In this document: positions 1 to 12,681 of the stretch, piece after piece
Numbering within the stretch: position 1 is the stretch's first letter
How the letters are laid out: every line of letters begins with the position of its first letter
From: Picochlorum sp. SENEW3
Taxonomy: Eukaryota
DNA length: 62,118 bases
Assembly (NCBI GenBank): GCA_034226945.1
Contig: CP120461.1
Location: 930,001-992,118 of the forward strand
Direction of reading: 5' to 3'
Program-made: the position numbers and the translations under genes
Notes under the pieces: model-generated
Told to the model about the DNA's origin: nothing
Databases searched by the model: none
Seen by the model: only the letters and a program-made list of their open reading frames with translations

Positions 1-57
1 GTGAGTCTCTGTTCTACTTGGGAGATGTGGGCATAATTTTTTGTATATGAGGTGCAG

Positions 58-920
58 TGACTCCCGCAGGTTTAATTTTGGATGAAAAGGAAACGTTCGG
101 CATAGAATATCCGGCGACGCAGGTGGGATTTATTCCTGACAGGTTTTGCAACAAGCCAGATTTGTTGGCAACCTCTGGGGATGCTGTTAGGTTGTGGAAA
201 ATTTCAGACGCAGGGACGACGCTTGAACTTGTGTTGAATGATCCAAAGAATACCTCTAAAAATTTCAGTGCGGTGACCTGCTTTGATTGGAGTGAAATCA
301 ATGTGAAAGTGTTGGCGGCAGGGTCGAGTGCAGGGCGATTATTGCTGTGGGACACCGAGTCAGGGAGGCTGCAGGGCACAATGGTGGGACATGAGGATGA
401 GATTCTTGATTGCCAGTGGGCAGCAAATGATGTGATTGTTTCTTCTTCGGGCGATGGATCGATTCGGATGTATGACCTGCGGGATAAAGACCATTGCACG
501 GTATTGTACGAGACCCCCAGGAGGACCCCTGTGCCGAGCTTTTGTTGGAACAAGCTGGATCCGAAGTATCTTGCATTTTCTATAGAAAAGAGTCGGCTTG
601 TTAGTGTTCTCGATGTTCGCTTTCCGACAGAGCCGGTGATCTTGCTGGACGGTCATATGGGGAACTGTACAGCACTTGGTTGGTCCCCTCACAGAGAGGG
701 ATACCTCTGCTCGGTTGGAGATGATTGCCATGCATTGATATGGGACATGGGGAAGGTGAATAGTGAGGAGGATAGTAAGCCAAATCGAGAGGCGGTGGAC
801 GCATCTCCTATCCTAGCGTACAATGCTCAGGCAGAGATCAATGCGATGGCTTGGAATCCAATAGACCCAGATTGGATTGCCATTTGCGCTAGAAACAGAA
901 CACGAGTATTGAGAATATGA
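58..920 (+). CDS. WD40-repeat protein, DCAF7/AN11/TTG1/LWD family (5' partial; window opens in an intron, 1-57)
   Basis: Family-typical segments YPATQVGFIPD..PDLLATSGDAVRLW, DGSIRMYDLR, DDCHALIWD, PILAYNA.AEIN; bases 1-57 read GTGAGT...TGCAG. Confidence 0.9.
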
Positions 921-974
921 GATTAAATGCATTTGTATTAACTAATCCTTTGTAAGAAGGAGACTTTTCGGTAT

Positions 975-2099
975 TCATACAGCTTCATCAATCTCCATGC
1001 TGATCACCACTTGGGGTCCCTCCTTTGTTTTAGAGCGGGCCAGTGGCTCATTCGGACCATCGTAATACATTCTATAGTTCTTGATGTATATATATTGGTC
1101 TCTATTTGGACTCCATGTAGCATCGCTTCCACCATACCAGGATGCTATATTTATCCCTTCAATTTTGACGGTATCATTGGTTCTCCAAACAAAGTTAAAT
1201 TTCTCATAGGCAGTCTGGTCATTCACGACAAGCCTAATCATCCCGTCCGGGTATCCAGGATTGTTTAGTTTCATTTGTACCTTCACTTTATTCCACTGTC
1301 CTGGCTGGAACCTGAATGATGCCCTACCAAGTGACCATCCTGCTGTCCCATCACAATTGTTGCATAGGACAGATGGTGTCTTGGTATTGCAGTCTGGAAG
1401 TTCGGGGCACAAAGTTGGGTCTTGGGAAGGGAAAGGAGCGTATACGTATGCTTCCCCATAGCCTTCCCTTCTCCACATGACCCTATAAGAGAAACAGTCG
1501 TAATCTCTGTTTCCTCCTCCACACCCTATACCATTGGATGCCCCTCCCATGAAGCCAGGTAGCTTGCCTCCTTTCACCCATTCAAAATCAAGTGGGAAAT
1601 ACACGTCGTACTCTAATGTCGCTCCAGAAGCTGACACAGGATATGTTTTTTCAGAAGGCTCCGTTTTTGTAGGGTAGGTGTAGAAAAGGACTCCCCCTGG
1701 CTTCTCCGACCCAGGAGACCAAGAACCAGCTGGGTACGAAATCTTCATCACTGGCTGACTGCTGTCAGGGTCCGTTGGATCTATTGGATACTGTTCATAA
1801 GGATACGACTGTCCTGCAATCAAGCTACATTGCTGCCTCCTCTGTGCGCACGAATTTTTGACGTAAGATGGGGTGAAATATGACATGCCATAGACAGAGT
1901 CCAGTCTGCCCAACCACGATGGAACGTTCTGGCCATTCTCAGTCATAACGCGCTCCTTCCCTTTCGCAGTGAGGGCCCTGCCAGTCATACTGTCTATTAA
2001 ATTCTCCTGTGCTACACTGAATGGAATCAAAGCTAATACAGTCAGAATGGCTCTGCGAGCGCTGTATCTGTTTTTGGGTGCCTGCACTCCCCAATCCAT
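975..2099 (-). CDS. Polysaccharide lyase family 14 (vAL-1/alginate lyase-like), copy 1, intronless
   Basis: YPAGSWSP, LEYDVYFP.DFEWVKGGKLPG, GCGGG, CFSYRVMWRREGYGEAYVY, SWYGGS; hydrophobic N-terminal signal-like segment after ATG 2099. Confidence 0.8.
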   Translation of the reverse strand: MDWGVQAPKNRYSARRAILTVLALIPFSVAQENLIDSMTGRALTAKGKERVMTENGQNVPSWLGRLDSVYGMSYFTPSYVKNSCAQRRQQCSLIAGQSYPYEQYPIDPTDPDSSQPVMKISYPAGSWSPGSEKPGGVLFYTYPTKTEPSEKTYPVSASGATLEYDVYFPLDFEWVKGGKLPGFMGGASNGIGCGGGNRDYDCFSYRVMWRREGYGEAYVYAPFPSQDPTLCPELPDCNTKTPSVLCNNCDGTAGWSLGRASFRFQPGQWNKVKVQMKLNNPGYPDGMIRLVVNDQTAYEKFNFVWRTNDTVKIEGINIASWYGGSDATWSPNRDQYIYIKNYRMYYDGPNEPLARSKTKEGPQVVISMEIDEAV

Positions 2100-2588
2100 T
2101 CTTGGTAAAGAGCACTGCCGCACGCAATCAATACTGTAAAGTAATAATTCGATTAAAGCCTGAATCTTTCTGCGTTCGATTGAAGAACGACCTTCTCTCT
2201 CCGACCGCGTGGTGCCCAAGTGCAGCTTCCTCCTCACCAATACCCTACGCGATGTGCATGTACATTAATAATATATATTTCTGACGCTGTATTCGCTTAC
2301 CATTCAGGAAAGAGGGGGCGAAGATGGCTTCCCAGCCTGCATTGCATCAACTTCCATGTCAGCTCCGAATCAAGCTGAACAGCAAGGCAATTGCTAGCAG
2401 GCCTGCTGCCTAGGACCTAGGTCTTCATGAAGACATGATCATGTTCCATTCAAACCAACGTTCCCGTCCCTTTTGATGCGATATTGTTACAAAACATGTT
2501 CCTTCGTCATGATTCAATGCATCACGATGAACAAATAATGAAGAAAAACAATGCAAACTTGATATATAAGACAGTACTCGGTTTGATT

Positions 2589-3847
2589 TTAGTATTCCTC
2601 TTCATACTCTTCTTCTGGTTCTTGAATCTCTTCATACGATACTGTGGACTCCATGACTCCCATATCCTCAGACAATGGTGTTACTCGACTGCTCTCACGC
2701 GAGTATGTAGCCGGTCCAGTCCGGTATGCCTTCATATTACGGATGAGTGTGTAGGTATCTCTTGGTGGACTCCACGATGCATCGCTGCCTCCGAAGAAGG
2801 ACGCGAAATTGATAGCTTCAACCTTGACCTCTGCAAAACAATAATAGAGTTGTAGTATAAGAATAAAGGGCACAAAAAGCAGCAGCAAAGAGGTAAAAGC
2901 ATTGCATGTCAGAGTAACGTACTGTCATAGGTTCTCCAGCGCATCTTATCATACGAGATTGCTGTCTTCCCATCGACCTTGAGCTCCACATAACCATTTG
3001 CACGATTTTTATCATTAAGTACTATCGAAAGCGTGAGCTTTTGCCACACTCCCTTCTTAAACTGGAAGGTTCCTCTACCAAAGGAGACTCCCTTTTTATA
3101 GTTGCATACAGTGCACGGGAAGTTCTTTCCATCGCATCTATTGTACTTGGAGCAAAAGTTCTTTCCTTGTTTTCCCTCTGGCGCATAGATATAGACCTCC
3201 CCATTTCCTTGTCTTCTCCACATAATTCTGATCGAGAAGCAGACATCAGGATCGTTTCCTCCACCGCATCCTCTGCCATTACTTCTGCCTCCTGCAAGTC
3301 CAGGAAGCTTTCCTCCCTTGACAAAATCGAAATTGGGATCAAAGTAAACATCATACTCCAACGTTGCACCCTGGACGGAGAAGGGATTGTCCTTCGTCAG
3401 TGTGTTCTTCTTGTAAGGGTAGGCAAAGAAAAGCAAGCCCCCAGGCTTTGGAGAACCTGGAGACCAAGACCCTTTAGGGTAACCAATCTTGAGGACGGGC
3501 TCTTGAGATCTTCCTGTTGGATCCTTCAAATATCTGTCATAAGGATATCTTCCCAGCGATGTCTCACACGTTTTTCCCTTTCTGCAGATATTTGCCGTCA
3601 AAGCAGGCGCTAAGTAGCTCTTTCCGAACTTTGGATTCATGCGGGCTCTCCAGGCTGGCAGCTCCTCAACACGCCTTCCATTTGCTAGAAGAAGATTTCT
3701 CCTCTTCATATAGTCCACTAATTCCTCTGTCGTCGTTCCATTGAACTGGGGAAAGACTTCGTCGCCAGATCGTAGATCCCCGAAAGCCTTTCTGCTCAGC
3801 ATCGCAAATGCGATTGCCAGAATGCAAAAAAGGAACGAACTTTGCAT
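2589..3847 (-). CDS. Polysaccharide lyase family 14, copy 2 (intron 2831-2922)
   Basis: Signal peptide; GGKLPGLAGG, CFSIRIMWRRQGNGEVYIY; the GT-AG intron joins TYD-K-VKVEAINFASFFGGS in frame. Confidence 0.8.
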
Positions 3848-4345
3848 TTTAAAGCTTTATTCTGCGCACCGATGTAGCCAACGACGTGTCTTTACTGAAA
3901 GCTTTCAAAAGCCTCCTTCGGCAGCTGCTGTAACCGCTCACTCGAACGCCGTAGATAAGAATCTCTCCAATCTACTCACAGATCGCAGGGTTAAATATAT
4001 ATTTCAATTAATTCTTGACAAGATTTGAAGGGCATCGCATGTCTATCTAATGCTCGGATGATCATCGCCAGCTTCTATTGTGGGGCTCACCTTCTCTTCC
4101 CCCCGTCCAAGCCACTGTGCCAAGAGATCTCCTGATAAGGAGATCCAGGTTGGAGATGAGGTGGCCACCAAAGAAAAAGACTGATTGGATGAACAAGGGA
4201 AAGGGTCGCTATTGGTCACGATAGCAAAAGAAATTACTAAATAGCAGTCGCGATCGACGCTAGGTGGATTGATACAGTGCATCTATGCATTCGACGTTAC
4301 ATTTTGTGCAACCCACAGATGTATATATATGCTAGCCTCGCCTGT

Positions 4346-5559
4346 CTACCACGGCGTCTCATGCAATTCTTCTTCTATCAATACAGGTGGCCTAGGACTT
4401 GATGGAACTACATACGGCGTTCCAGGTGGATCATCTCTCCATATCTTGATGTTGCGAAGCAAAACATGGGTGTCCTTTGGAGGTCCCCACCCTGAGTTAC
4501 TGCCTCCAAACCACGTGGAGAACTCGACTGCTTCTATTTTGGCCTCTGCAAGCACAAGAAAAGCTATTAGAAAAATATTGAGAGAGCAGAACAACTCCAA
4601 CAAAAACGCGTACCATCTGTTTGTCGCCAATTAAGCTTGTCAAAGTAAATAGCTCTTCTACCATTGTGCCGGATCTCGAGTATGCCATTGGTCACGTTTG
4701 GTGTATTCAACGTCATATTCATGTAGATCTTATTCCACTCTCCCTTTTGAAATACAAAGCCTCCCCGAGCGAAAGACACCCCCTTGTCCAAATTGCAGAA
4801 ATTACAGGGTTTAATACCTGTACCACTGCATCTCTGATACTTGTTGCAGAATTCAGGATGCTGCATGCCCTCGGGCACATACAAGTATGCCTCGCCCCAT
4901 CCATCACGACGCCACATAATTCTGGAATTGAAGCACCAAGCAGGATCCGCCCCGCCTCCGCATCCACGCCCGCCTCCTCTTCCGCCAGACATTCCCATGA
5001 GTTTACCCCCCTTGACAAAGTCAAAGTCGCTCGGAATGTACACTTCATACTCCAAAGCAGCACTTGTAGCTGAAACAGGATTATTCTGATCATTGGGGCT
5101 GCTCTTATAAGGGTACACGAACATCAGAGTACCTCCTGGCCTCTCACTGCCTGGAGACCAAGACCCTTTCGGATACCAAATGCGAATCACTGGCTGTTTA
5201 TCTCCATCCGTGGTAGGATCGAGAATGTACTCGTCATATGGATACATTTTACCTCGAATAGCGGTGCAATTTTTCTTCGAGGTGTTACATTTGTTCTTTA
5301 TCCTCGCAGGAGCAAGGTATGCATCCTCATACCTTGGGTCAAAGCGAGCCTTCCAAGCTGGTGGCCTGCCATTTCCCGAGGGCAAAACAGGATCTTGCAG
5401 AAGCTGTCGATGCCTATGCTCATACTCTAACATCTGACTGTCCCCGTGAGAGTCTAGAATCATTGAATTGCCCAGCGCTGCGGTCACATCCTCGCCGAAG
5501 CCGCTGCCCGCAACCAGCCCAGAACACGCTAGAAGGATCCCGCAAACAAGGCACTGCAT
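4346..5559 (-). CDS. Polysaccharide lyase family 14, copy 3 (intron 4546-4613)
   Basis: Signal peptide; GGKLMGMSGG, CFNSRIMWRRDGWGEAYLY; intron joins QTD-E-AKIEAVEFSTWFGGS. Confidence 0.8.
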
Positions 5560-5982
5560 TTTTCTCGCCTACAATCCCGAAGAGTATAATATATTTTTTC
5601 AGATTTTTTCCTGATGATATACGACCACAATGGTGTAGATACCCTTCCTTCCTCCTTAGATCTACGTTCACAATTTGGTACGCTGGATTCGCTTTCTGAT
5701 GGTATTGCACCTTATCTGAAATGAAAAATGAAATCTTTCACGATATTTAAAGACATTTAGAGAGAATTCTTCGCTTCTTGGCCCTGTCGGATACTCGGCA
5801 AGCAGCTGCATAAGCAGGTGCATGTTCTTCATTCCAAGAGTTCCGTAATAAATACCATTTGCTTGTTCTTTTTCGCCCGATTGCTTTCAAATTCCCGATG
5901 AAGACTCAAAATTGAAAACAAAAGAATATTTTTATTATGTGGGATCATATGTTACACGCGTGGAAGAAGCATCGGCACTGCC

Positions 5983-7462
5983 ATGAACAACGTTGACTTG
6001 AGCCTTGCAAAGTCCGTTCTGGACAGCTGGGTGGTCCTGATACTGCAATGTCACTCAATTGTGCCTATGATATTGATTGGAACTCTTTGGTACCTCGCAG
6101 CTGCGGCAAGGCGTCGGGAGATTCGCGCCTTGACGACGAAGGCGAGGCGCAACAGGAGGCCACCTGATAAAGGGTTCCCAAAGGTCACCATCTTGTTACC
6201 TACGAGAGGTTTTAGACGATACAGTGCCGAAAACTGGAAGTCAATTCTGAACTTTCAATACGGTGAGTACGATTGTGTGTTCAGAAATGAATGCTGTACG
6301 ACATAATGTGGGACACTTCAATTATACAGATGGGCCACTTTGTTATGTGTTTGTTGTTGAGGATATGAACGATCCGAGCGTTTCAATAATCAACGAATTG
6401 TCTGAAACATTCGATGGCTCAAGATCTAAAAATGCAGAAATAGTATGTGCCGGCAGAGCACGGCATTCATCTCAGAAAATTCACAACCTCATGTGTGGTA
6501 TCAAACACTGCATCAAATCCTCTCGGGATGCACAAAATGAGTACATCATGTGCATGGATGACGATGTCCAGCCACACAGTACATTCCTTGAGGATCTTAT
6601 CTATGATCTGGATTCTATGCCAGATATGCGTGTGGCCACTGCGTATCCTTTCGATATCCCCCCAACAAGGGATGCTTCCATATTTTCATATGCAACCTTG
6701 GCTTATCACCTGCCTCTGAGCGTCGGCCTTGCCATTCATACCAAGACTCGTTTCGTCTGGGGAGGCTGTATGGCTTTTAGACTAGAAGACATGATTGATG
6801 ATCGTTTGGGAATTCTGTCCTCGTGGTCCAAAGGAGGATACTCTGACGATTTAACAGTTGCTGCACAAATGGGAAAACTAGGGCTGCAGATCTATTGCCC
6901 TGCAAGTGCTGTCTTTCCCCAATGGCTTCCAGCGACAATGACATTCAGACAATACTGGAACTATTTGAGGAGACAATTGTTTGTGCTGGACACGTACTCT
7001 GATGCGCATAACAAGCACACAAACTATGCTCTTGTGTGCCTGCTCATCTATGGATCTGTTGGGTTTGTTGCCCCTGCGGTCACGATTCCATTGCGCTTCG
7101 GATTGTATGCCTTTGAGGTGTTCGCATACTCGAGTAGGCTATTCATACCGCGAGCATGGGCTCTATCTGCCGGCCTCTTTTGCATCGGAGTTGTTTACAT
7201 GGGGGTCGCATTGGCACAGATGATAGCAGAGACTGCAACCCTCATATCAATCCTACATGGATCTGATCGTGCAGCGATCACATCCAAATTATCTTTCTTC
7301 AGAATTGCCGTTGGTTTCTGGTTTGCTCAACTAGTATCTCCAGTGTGCTTGGCATACACTCTCCTCACGCCACACATTGTATGGACTGGAGTGTCATATG
7401 TTCGCAAACAGGGCAAGGTGTCTGTAGTGTCTCACAGTGCAGCCCCGTGTGACAGATACTAG
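5983..7462 (+). CDS. Glycosyltransferase, ceramide glucosyltransferase (GT21)-like (intron 6263-6329)
   Basis: N-terminal TM, PKVTILLP, SQKIHNL, MDDDV (DxD), WGGCM, YSDDL, YLRRQ, C-terminal TM helices. Confidence 0.8.
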
Positions 7463-7547
7463 CCGGAAAAAATGGACTTACAAAATGTGGTTCTGAAAAT
7501 TTATAAACGAATGAATAATGAATGAAGTAGAAATACCTGCGTATTTT

Positions 7548-8867
7548 TTATTTTTCAACAGTTGCAAATAACTCCCCAATTGTATCATCTCCATCTCTTG
7601 ATTTGCCCCTCTTTGCCCAATTGTCAAAGTCTTTCGTCAGCAATTCAGCAAAATTTGGTACAGCCCCATTTAAGACGGCCTTGGATATGAGACTTCCCGC
7701 GTACCCCAGCAGAGGATTTGGAATCACCTTGAGAGCAGTTGGGACCCGTACAGCCATTGTCACATTCACCCTACAGTGGAGATGAACGGTGCCATTAGCA
7801 CTAGCAGAGGATTGTCCCACCTCTTCTCTCGATTCTCCCGCGCCTTTCTCTTCCTCTTCTTCGCTGACACTATCACCTTGACTGAGATAAATCTTCTCAG
7901 AAGGAAAAGGGGCACTGTCAGCAAGATTTTGAACATCCACATCTGCCAATTCCTGTCCCTCGATATCAACGAGCACATTGATATCTTCTTCAACATGCAC
8001 TACTGCCTCGCTGTCCTTGTCCCCCAATGGGGCTTTCTGTCTAGCATTTGCCGCCCATTTCTGAAGCCTACTGACAGGTCTACCAGGTATGTGATCCGGG
8101 GTAGGAATCCTAGGGATACGCCTCCTCCTCCCCTGACTTTGCAGGACAGCTACGACATTCAACCTAAAAGACTCGTCCAGCCCAGGAGACCCGAGTGACG
8201 CTCTAGATCCCACAAAGGTCACCTTTCCCTGCCCAGAATGAGGTTTCGCAACAATGGAAAGTGTTGGAGTCAAATCCACTCCAACAAGCTCACTCAATGG
8301 TACCTTGACAGTAAAAACATCCGAGCAAGGATCCAGCTGCTGCTCTCCCCCCGGAAAATCCCCAGAGGATGCATGCTCAACCCTCTCAACCCACTTTGGA
8401 TCCAACAGTGAATACTCTGACGTAGGCAAAGACAAATACTCCCCTAACAAGGACCCCACATCTTCCTCGACACCTTCAGACAATAAAACTGGAACCTTTG
8501 CGCTCGTCATGGCGCCAAACTGAACCCACCTCTCTCGAGTTTCCCTCCCTTGTTCACCAGCTCCATCACTAGACTTCCATTTGGCCTTTTCGCCGATGCT
8601 TATCACTCTATTCACAATCTGCGAGGATGAATAATTCTTATAACACACAAATTCTCTAGTATACGTACGACAACAAGATACCAGTACCTGTATAGCTCGC
8701 TCCAAAGGCTCGTAAGGACTAGCCCCAAAAGCCCAGACTGTGACACCCCGCCTCCTCCTAGGATTCCGCGTCAGATAGACCCCCCTCCTCCTTCCAGCAC
8801 CACTATAATATCCGTGGGTAGTTATCATGCTACGACGCTGCCCTTGGAGCTGACTCGGCTGATTCAT
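7548..8867 (-). CDS. DUF1997-like protein, probably plastid-targeted
   Basis: EYLSLP.SEYSLLDPKWVER and C-terminal VPTALKVIPNPLLG...DFDNWA resemble DUF1997; Arg-rich N-terminus. Confidence 0.55.
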   Translation of the reverse strand: MNQPSQLQGQRRSMITTHGYYSGAGRRRGVYLTRNPRRRRGVTVWAFGASPYEPLERAIQVLVSCCRTYTREFVCYKNYSSSQIVNRVISIGEKAKWKSSDGAGEQGRETRERWVQFGAMTSAKVPVLLSEGVEEDVGSLLGEYLSLPTSEYSLLDPKWVERVEHASSGDFPGGEQQLDPCSDVFTVKVPLSELVGVDLTPTLSIVAKPHSGQGKVTFVGSRASLGSPGLDESFRLNVVAVLQSQGRRRRIPRIPTPDHIPGRPVSRLQKWAANARQKAPLGDKDSEAVVHVEEDINVLVDIEGQELADVDVQNLADSAPFPSEKIYLSQGDSVSEEEEEKGAGESREEVGQSSASANGTVHLHCRVNVTMAVRVPTALKVIPNPLLGYAGSLISKAVLNGAVPNFAELLTKDFDNWAKRGKSRDGDDTIGELFATVEK

Positions 8868-9115
8868 TCCTGGCAGAGCAGTTCTTTCTCTCCTACGTGA
8901 GTTATCTTCCTACTATGCGTGTATACCTCATACCATAATTAAATATACATGAAATTTTCAATGTGCTGTACCGGAGCGCCAATGGATCACAAGTGGCCGG
9001 AGGTCCTCTGATCGTCAGTTTCCTGGTTTCAGCAACAAATTCCACTGGATGCCATCCAGGTTTGTGACCTCCATTGGGCAGACATGGTATTAAATTAAAT
9101 CATCATATCGTAATC

Positions 9116-12100
9116 ATGAGTGTCTGTGATCATATAGTGAAGGCAAAGGGCATACTCGGGAAAGACACTCTAGTCAAGAGACTGTTGAGAGAGGTGCTCG
9201 GTTTCCCAGGAGCAGAGCAAATACTGGGGAAGAATACGCTGACGCTATCCACCTTTATTGTGCTGAGAAGGTTTAGATCCAGGGAAGACGATGCTTGTAT
9301 CGATTGCGAACGATTTGTACAGTCCTATGAGAAAATTCAAAGCACTGCAGAAGAGTTTGAATCGATTGTGGAACAGTATTTGTGTGGCTCTGATATCGCG
9401 GATATTTTTGCCCCAATGTGCACGAGGCAGATTTATCTCAAGTGTGGCGCGCATGGTCAAATATTTATGGTGCATTGTCCCAGCTCATTTGGGTTGGATG
9501 ATGCTTTGATGATGCACATGGTTCATGCTATGACAAACCAGGGCATGAGGAGATTGCGTTCGATAGAAAAGGATAGCAGTGGTGCTTTGAGCAGGCCAAA
9601 ACCCGAAATAAGGCAGGTCAGAGGAAATCAGAAGGATTTGAATGTTCCAGATAGTGTGGATTCGACAAGGGGAGCATTGAAAGAAGCCATGCAGCAGGGA
9701 GAAGCGATGCAGCTAGTGAAAGATGCTTTGCTCAATCCTTACACGTTTAATAGTATTGGAAAAGTCCTTCATGTGGATCCCGGTTTAGACTTTGGCGTGC
9801 ATTGTATTCGGAAGAGTGAGCCACTGGGTGATCTGAGCACCCTGCTGGAATATCAGGAGTGGTTGCACCTTCGAGGCAACGACTTTATGCATCGCGATCG
9901 TGTTCGTATCTGTTTTCAAAATCAGGGAGAATTGTGGTTATGTGGTGCTGTGGCGGTGCCCAGGTGCGCTTGCGTATTGTAATTGTAAGAAAGAAGTCAT
10001 GTGACAATCAACATGGCTGGTGCAGGCTCCCATCGACATTCTTGCATATTGATGAATCGAACTTGTTTCTGCTTGAAGAATCAAAGCCAGTTAGGCTGCA
10101 GAAATCCATCCCATATTATATCGACGTCACCATGTCTACAGAGGACACTCCAGGTAGGGTAGAAGAAAAGGGATACCTGGAGCAGAGCTTGCTTTACATC
10201 TTTGCATACCCGACAAAAACCCGATATGGAACTACCAGCAAAGAAGATGCTCTTTTTCGTAACAAATTGCGTACTAGAAAGATAGGCTGGGTTGAATGCC
10301 AAGTGCAAGGGAGGGAATATCTATTTTTCTGCTTGAGGTCTCGTCTTGCCACAATCTTACTGAAGCAGAAAGAGTACATGATGTTTCAAAAGCCTTTGAA
10401 TTTCAAGGCCAAACCCTTTTATTCTAAAAGGTTAGAGCAAATATTCGATGTCACTCCTGACTACATTTGCTGCGAATTTCCTGAAGAAGAACAGGCATCC
10501 TTGATGGTTGACAGGCAATTGCTTGTGCACCCTGCAAGAGATGCCATGACAGTCGACGCCCTTCGATACGATGGATTGAATTTTCATTCAATGTCATATT
10601 ATCAGAAGAAATACACTCGATTAGTTCAGATAGAGGCCAGACAGCAGATACTTGATATTCAATGCCATGACATGCATTATGTAAGGCCCATTCCAGTTGT
10701 CTTTGACAAATCCAATGGCAATCAGCGCAAGTGCTGGGTAGGGGATGATGACCATCTGAAAATATATAGAGGTTTCATGTCCAAACGCATGAATAATAGG
10801 CGAGGAAAACCAAGTTTGATAGCGATCAGGGTGCCAAGCATACTGGAAGGTCAGCCCAGTGTCCACCTGGGCACAATAGTCCGCGTCAAAAGTTCCGAGC
10901 AGAAGGGCCACGAGTATGAGTTTAACATGATATGCTGTGGTATCGATGGTACATTGGTGTTTTTGTTGCCACCTGTGGGGTTTTGGGAGGAAACACCTCT
11001 TGGCAGAGCCATTGAAAGCTGCAAAGGGCAGGAAAAGGACCTGTTCATCAGCATTCGATTTGGATACTCCAGTCGAGCAATGCGCCGCATGCTGGATGTT
11101 CCGATCTCCAAATTTATGTTTGAGGATTCTCGTACATCTTTTATAGGCAACACATCTCTGCTCCCCCAGAGAAAAGATGTTGAGAAACTATCTCTGGAGC
11201 TGCAGTCCAGATCCTTTCTGAATGAGCAGCAAGCAACAGCGATTTCGTCGGTTGTGTCAGGATCCGGGCGGATCGCTCCATTTTCGATCATCGGCCCACC
11301 TGGTACGGGAAAGACGTTCACATTGACGCATTGCGTGTGTGAGATTTTGAACCAGTACTCTTGCGCAAAAATACTCTGTTGTGCCCCACAAAACTTCAGT
11401 GCGGATATCATCTGCTCGGAATTGCGCAAGAAAGGGATCAATTCCAAGAAAATGCTGAGGCTCAATGATCCCCGTCGGCCAATATACTCTACCAAGGAAG
11501 ATGTGCTAGATTACTGCTGCATGGACGATACAGGCACCTTCAGAGTCCCTGGGTTCCGTGAATTGGATGAATTTTCCGTCATTGTTTGCACCTGCCTCTC
11601 CAGTGAATATCTTCGTCCAGAATCTAGAACACATGTGTTGATCGATGAGGCAGGCCAAGCATTACTTCCAGAGAGCCTGCTTCCCTTGCAGGCTTTATGC
11701 TGCGACAGAGACCCATTGAACACAGGTTGGGGGTCTATCCTGTGTGGCGACCCCAAACAACTCGGCCCAATCGTTCGAAATAAGCTTGCATCTCAGTGTG
11801 GACTCCAGAAAAGTCTTCTTCAAGTGCTAAGCGAAGGCAATAACTGGAATGGCTTGATGCTTTGTCAGAATTATCGGAGCAGCAACGCTCTCTTGAACTT
11901 GCCATCAAAGCTGTTCTACTCTGAATCTCTCTATTACGCAGGAGAAGATAGCGATAGTGTCCTGCCTCCATCGTTCAAGTGGAATATTCAAAAAGAGGAG
12001 GAAGCTCTGCCGTGCGTGTTTTATGGAGTCAACGGTAAGCAAATCAGAGAAGGGGATTCGTCATCATTCATGAACAAAATTGAGGCAATGGCAGTTGTTG

Positions 12101-12648
12101 ACCTAGTGGTCAAGCTGCTTGAGAATGACAGTATTTCAGAGGATGATATTGGTGTTCTTGCCATGTATCGTAAACAAGTATATCTTATCCGTAAGCTCTT
12201 CAGAGAGGAGGATTTACGCAAGATTCGTGTGGGCACAATTGAAGATTACCAAGGTCAAGAGGAGCGCATAATCATCATCAGTACTGTTCTTTCGGATTTG
12301 AATGACTTACCTCTGGGCTCGTTTGCACGCTCGTTCTTCCAGAATCCGAATCGCTTCAACGTCGCAATCACACGAGCAAAAGCCCTTCTTGTGGCCATTG
12401 GAAATCCCACGGCACTTGCCCAAGATTCCAACTGGAAGACATTCATTCGGCATTGCTATGCAAGATCTTCCGTCTTCGGTGCTCGCAGTGCAGAGATTGA
12501 TAGTGCTTGCAATGAAGTGGACGAGGGAGGAGAAGAGGCGATCCTGTCTGCCATTTCACAGATCGCAGCACTAGGGCCTGGAACAGCAAATATGGTTGAT
12601 GATTTTGATCCATTTGATGAGGACTGCCCGTGGAGGATCATGATTTAG
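9116..12648 (+). CDS. SF1 UPF1-like RNA helicase, MOV10/SDE3-like (intron 9964-10025)
   Basis: GPPGTGKT, APQNFSAD, DEAGQ, GDPKQLGP, NYRS, GTIEDYQGQE, NRFNVAITRAK. Confidence 0.85.
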
Positions 12649-12681
12649 TATTTGTACTATGTGATTGACGTATAGAATAAA

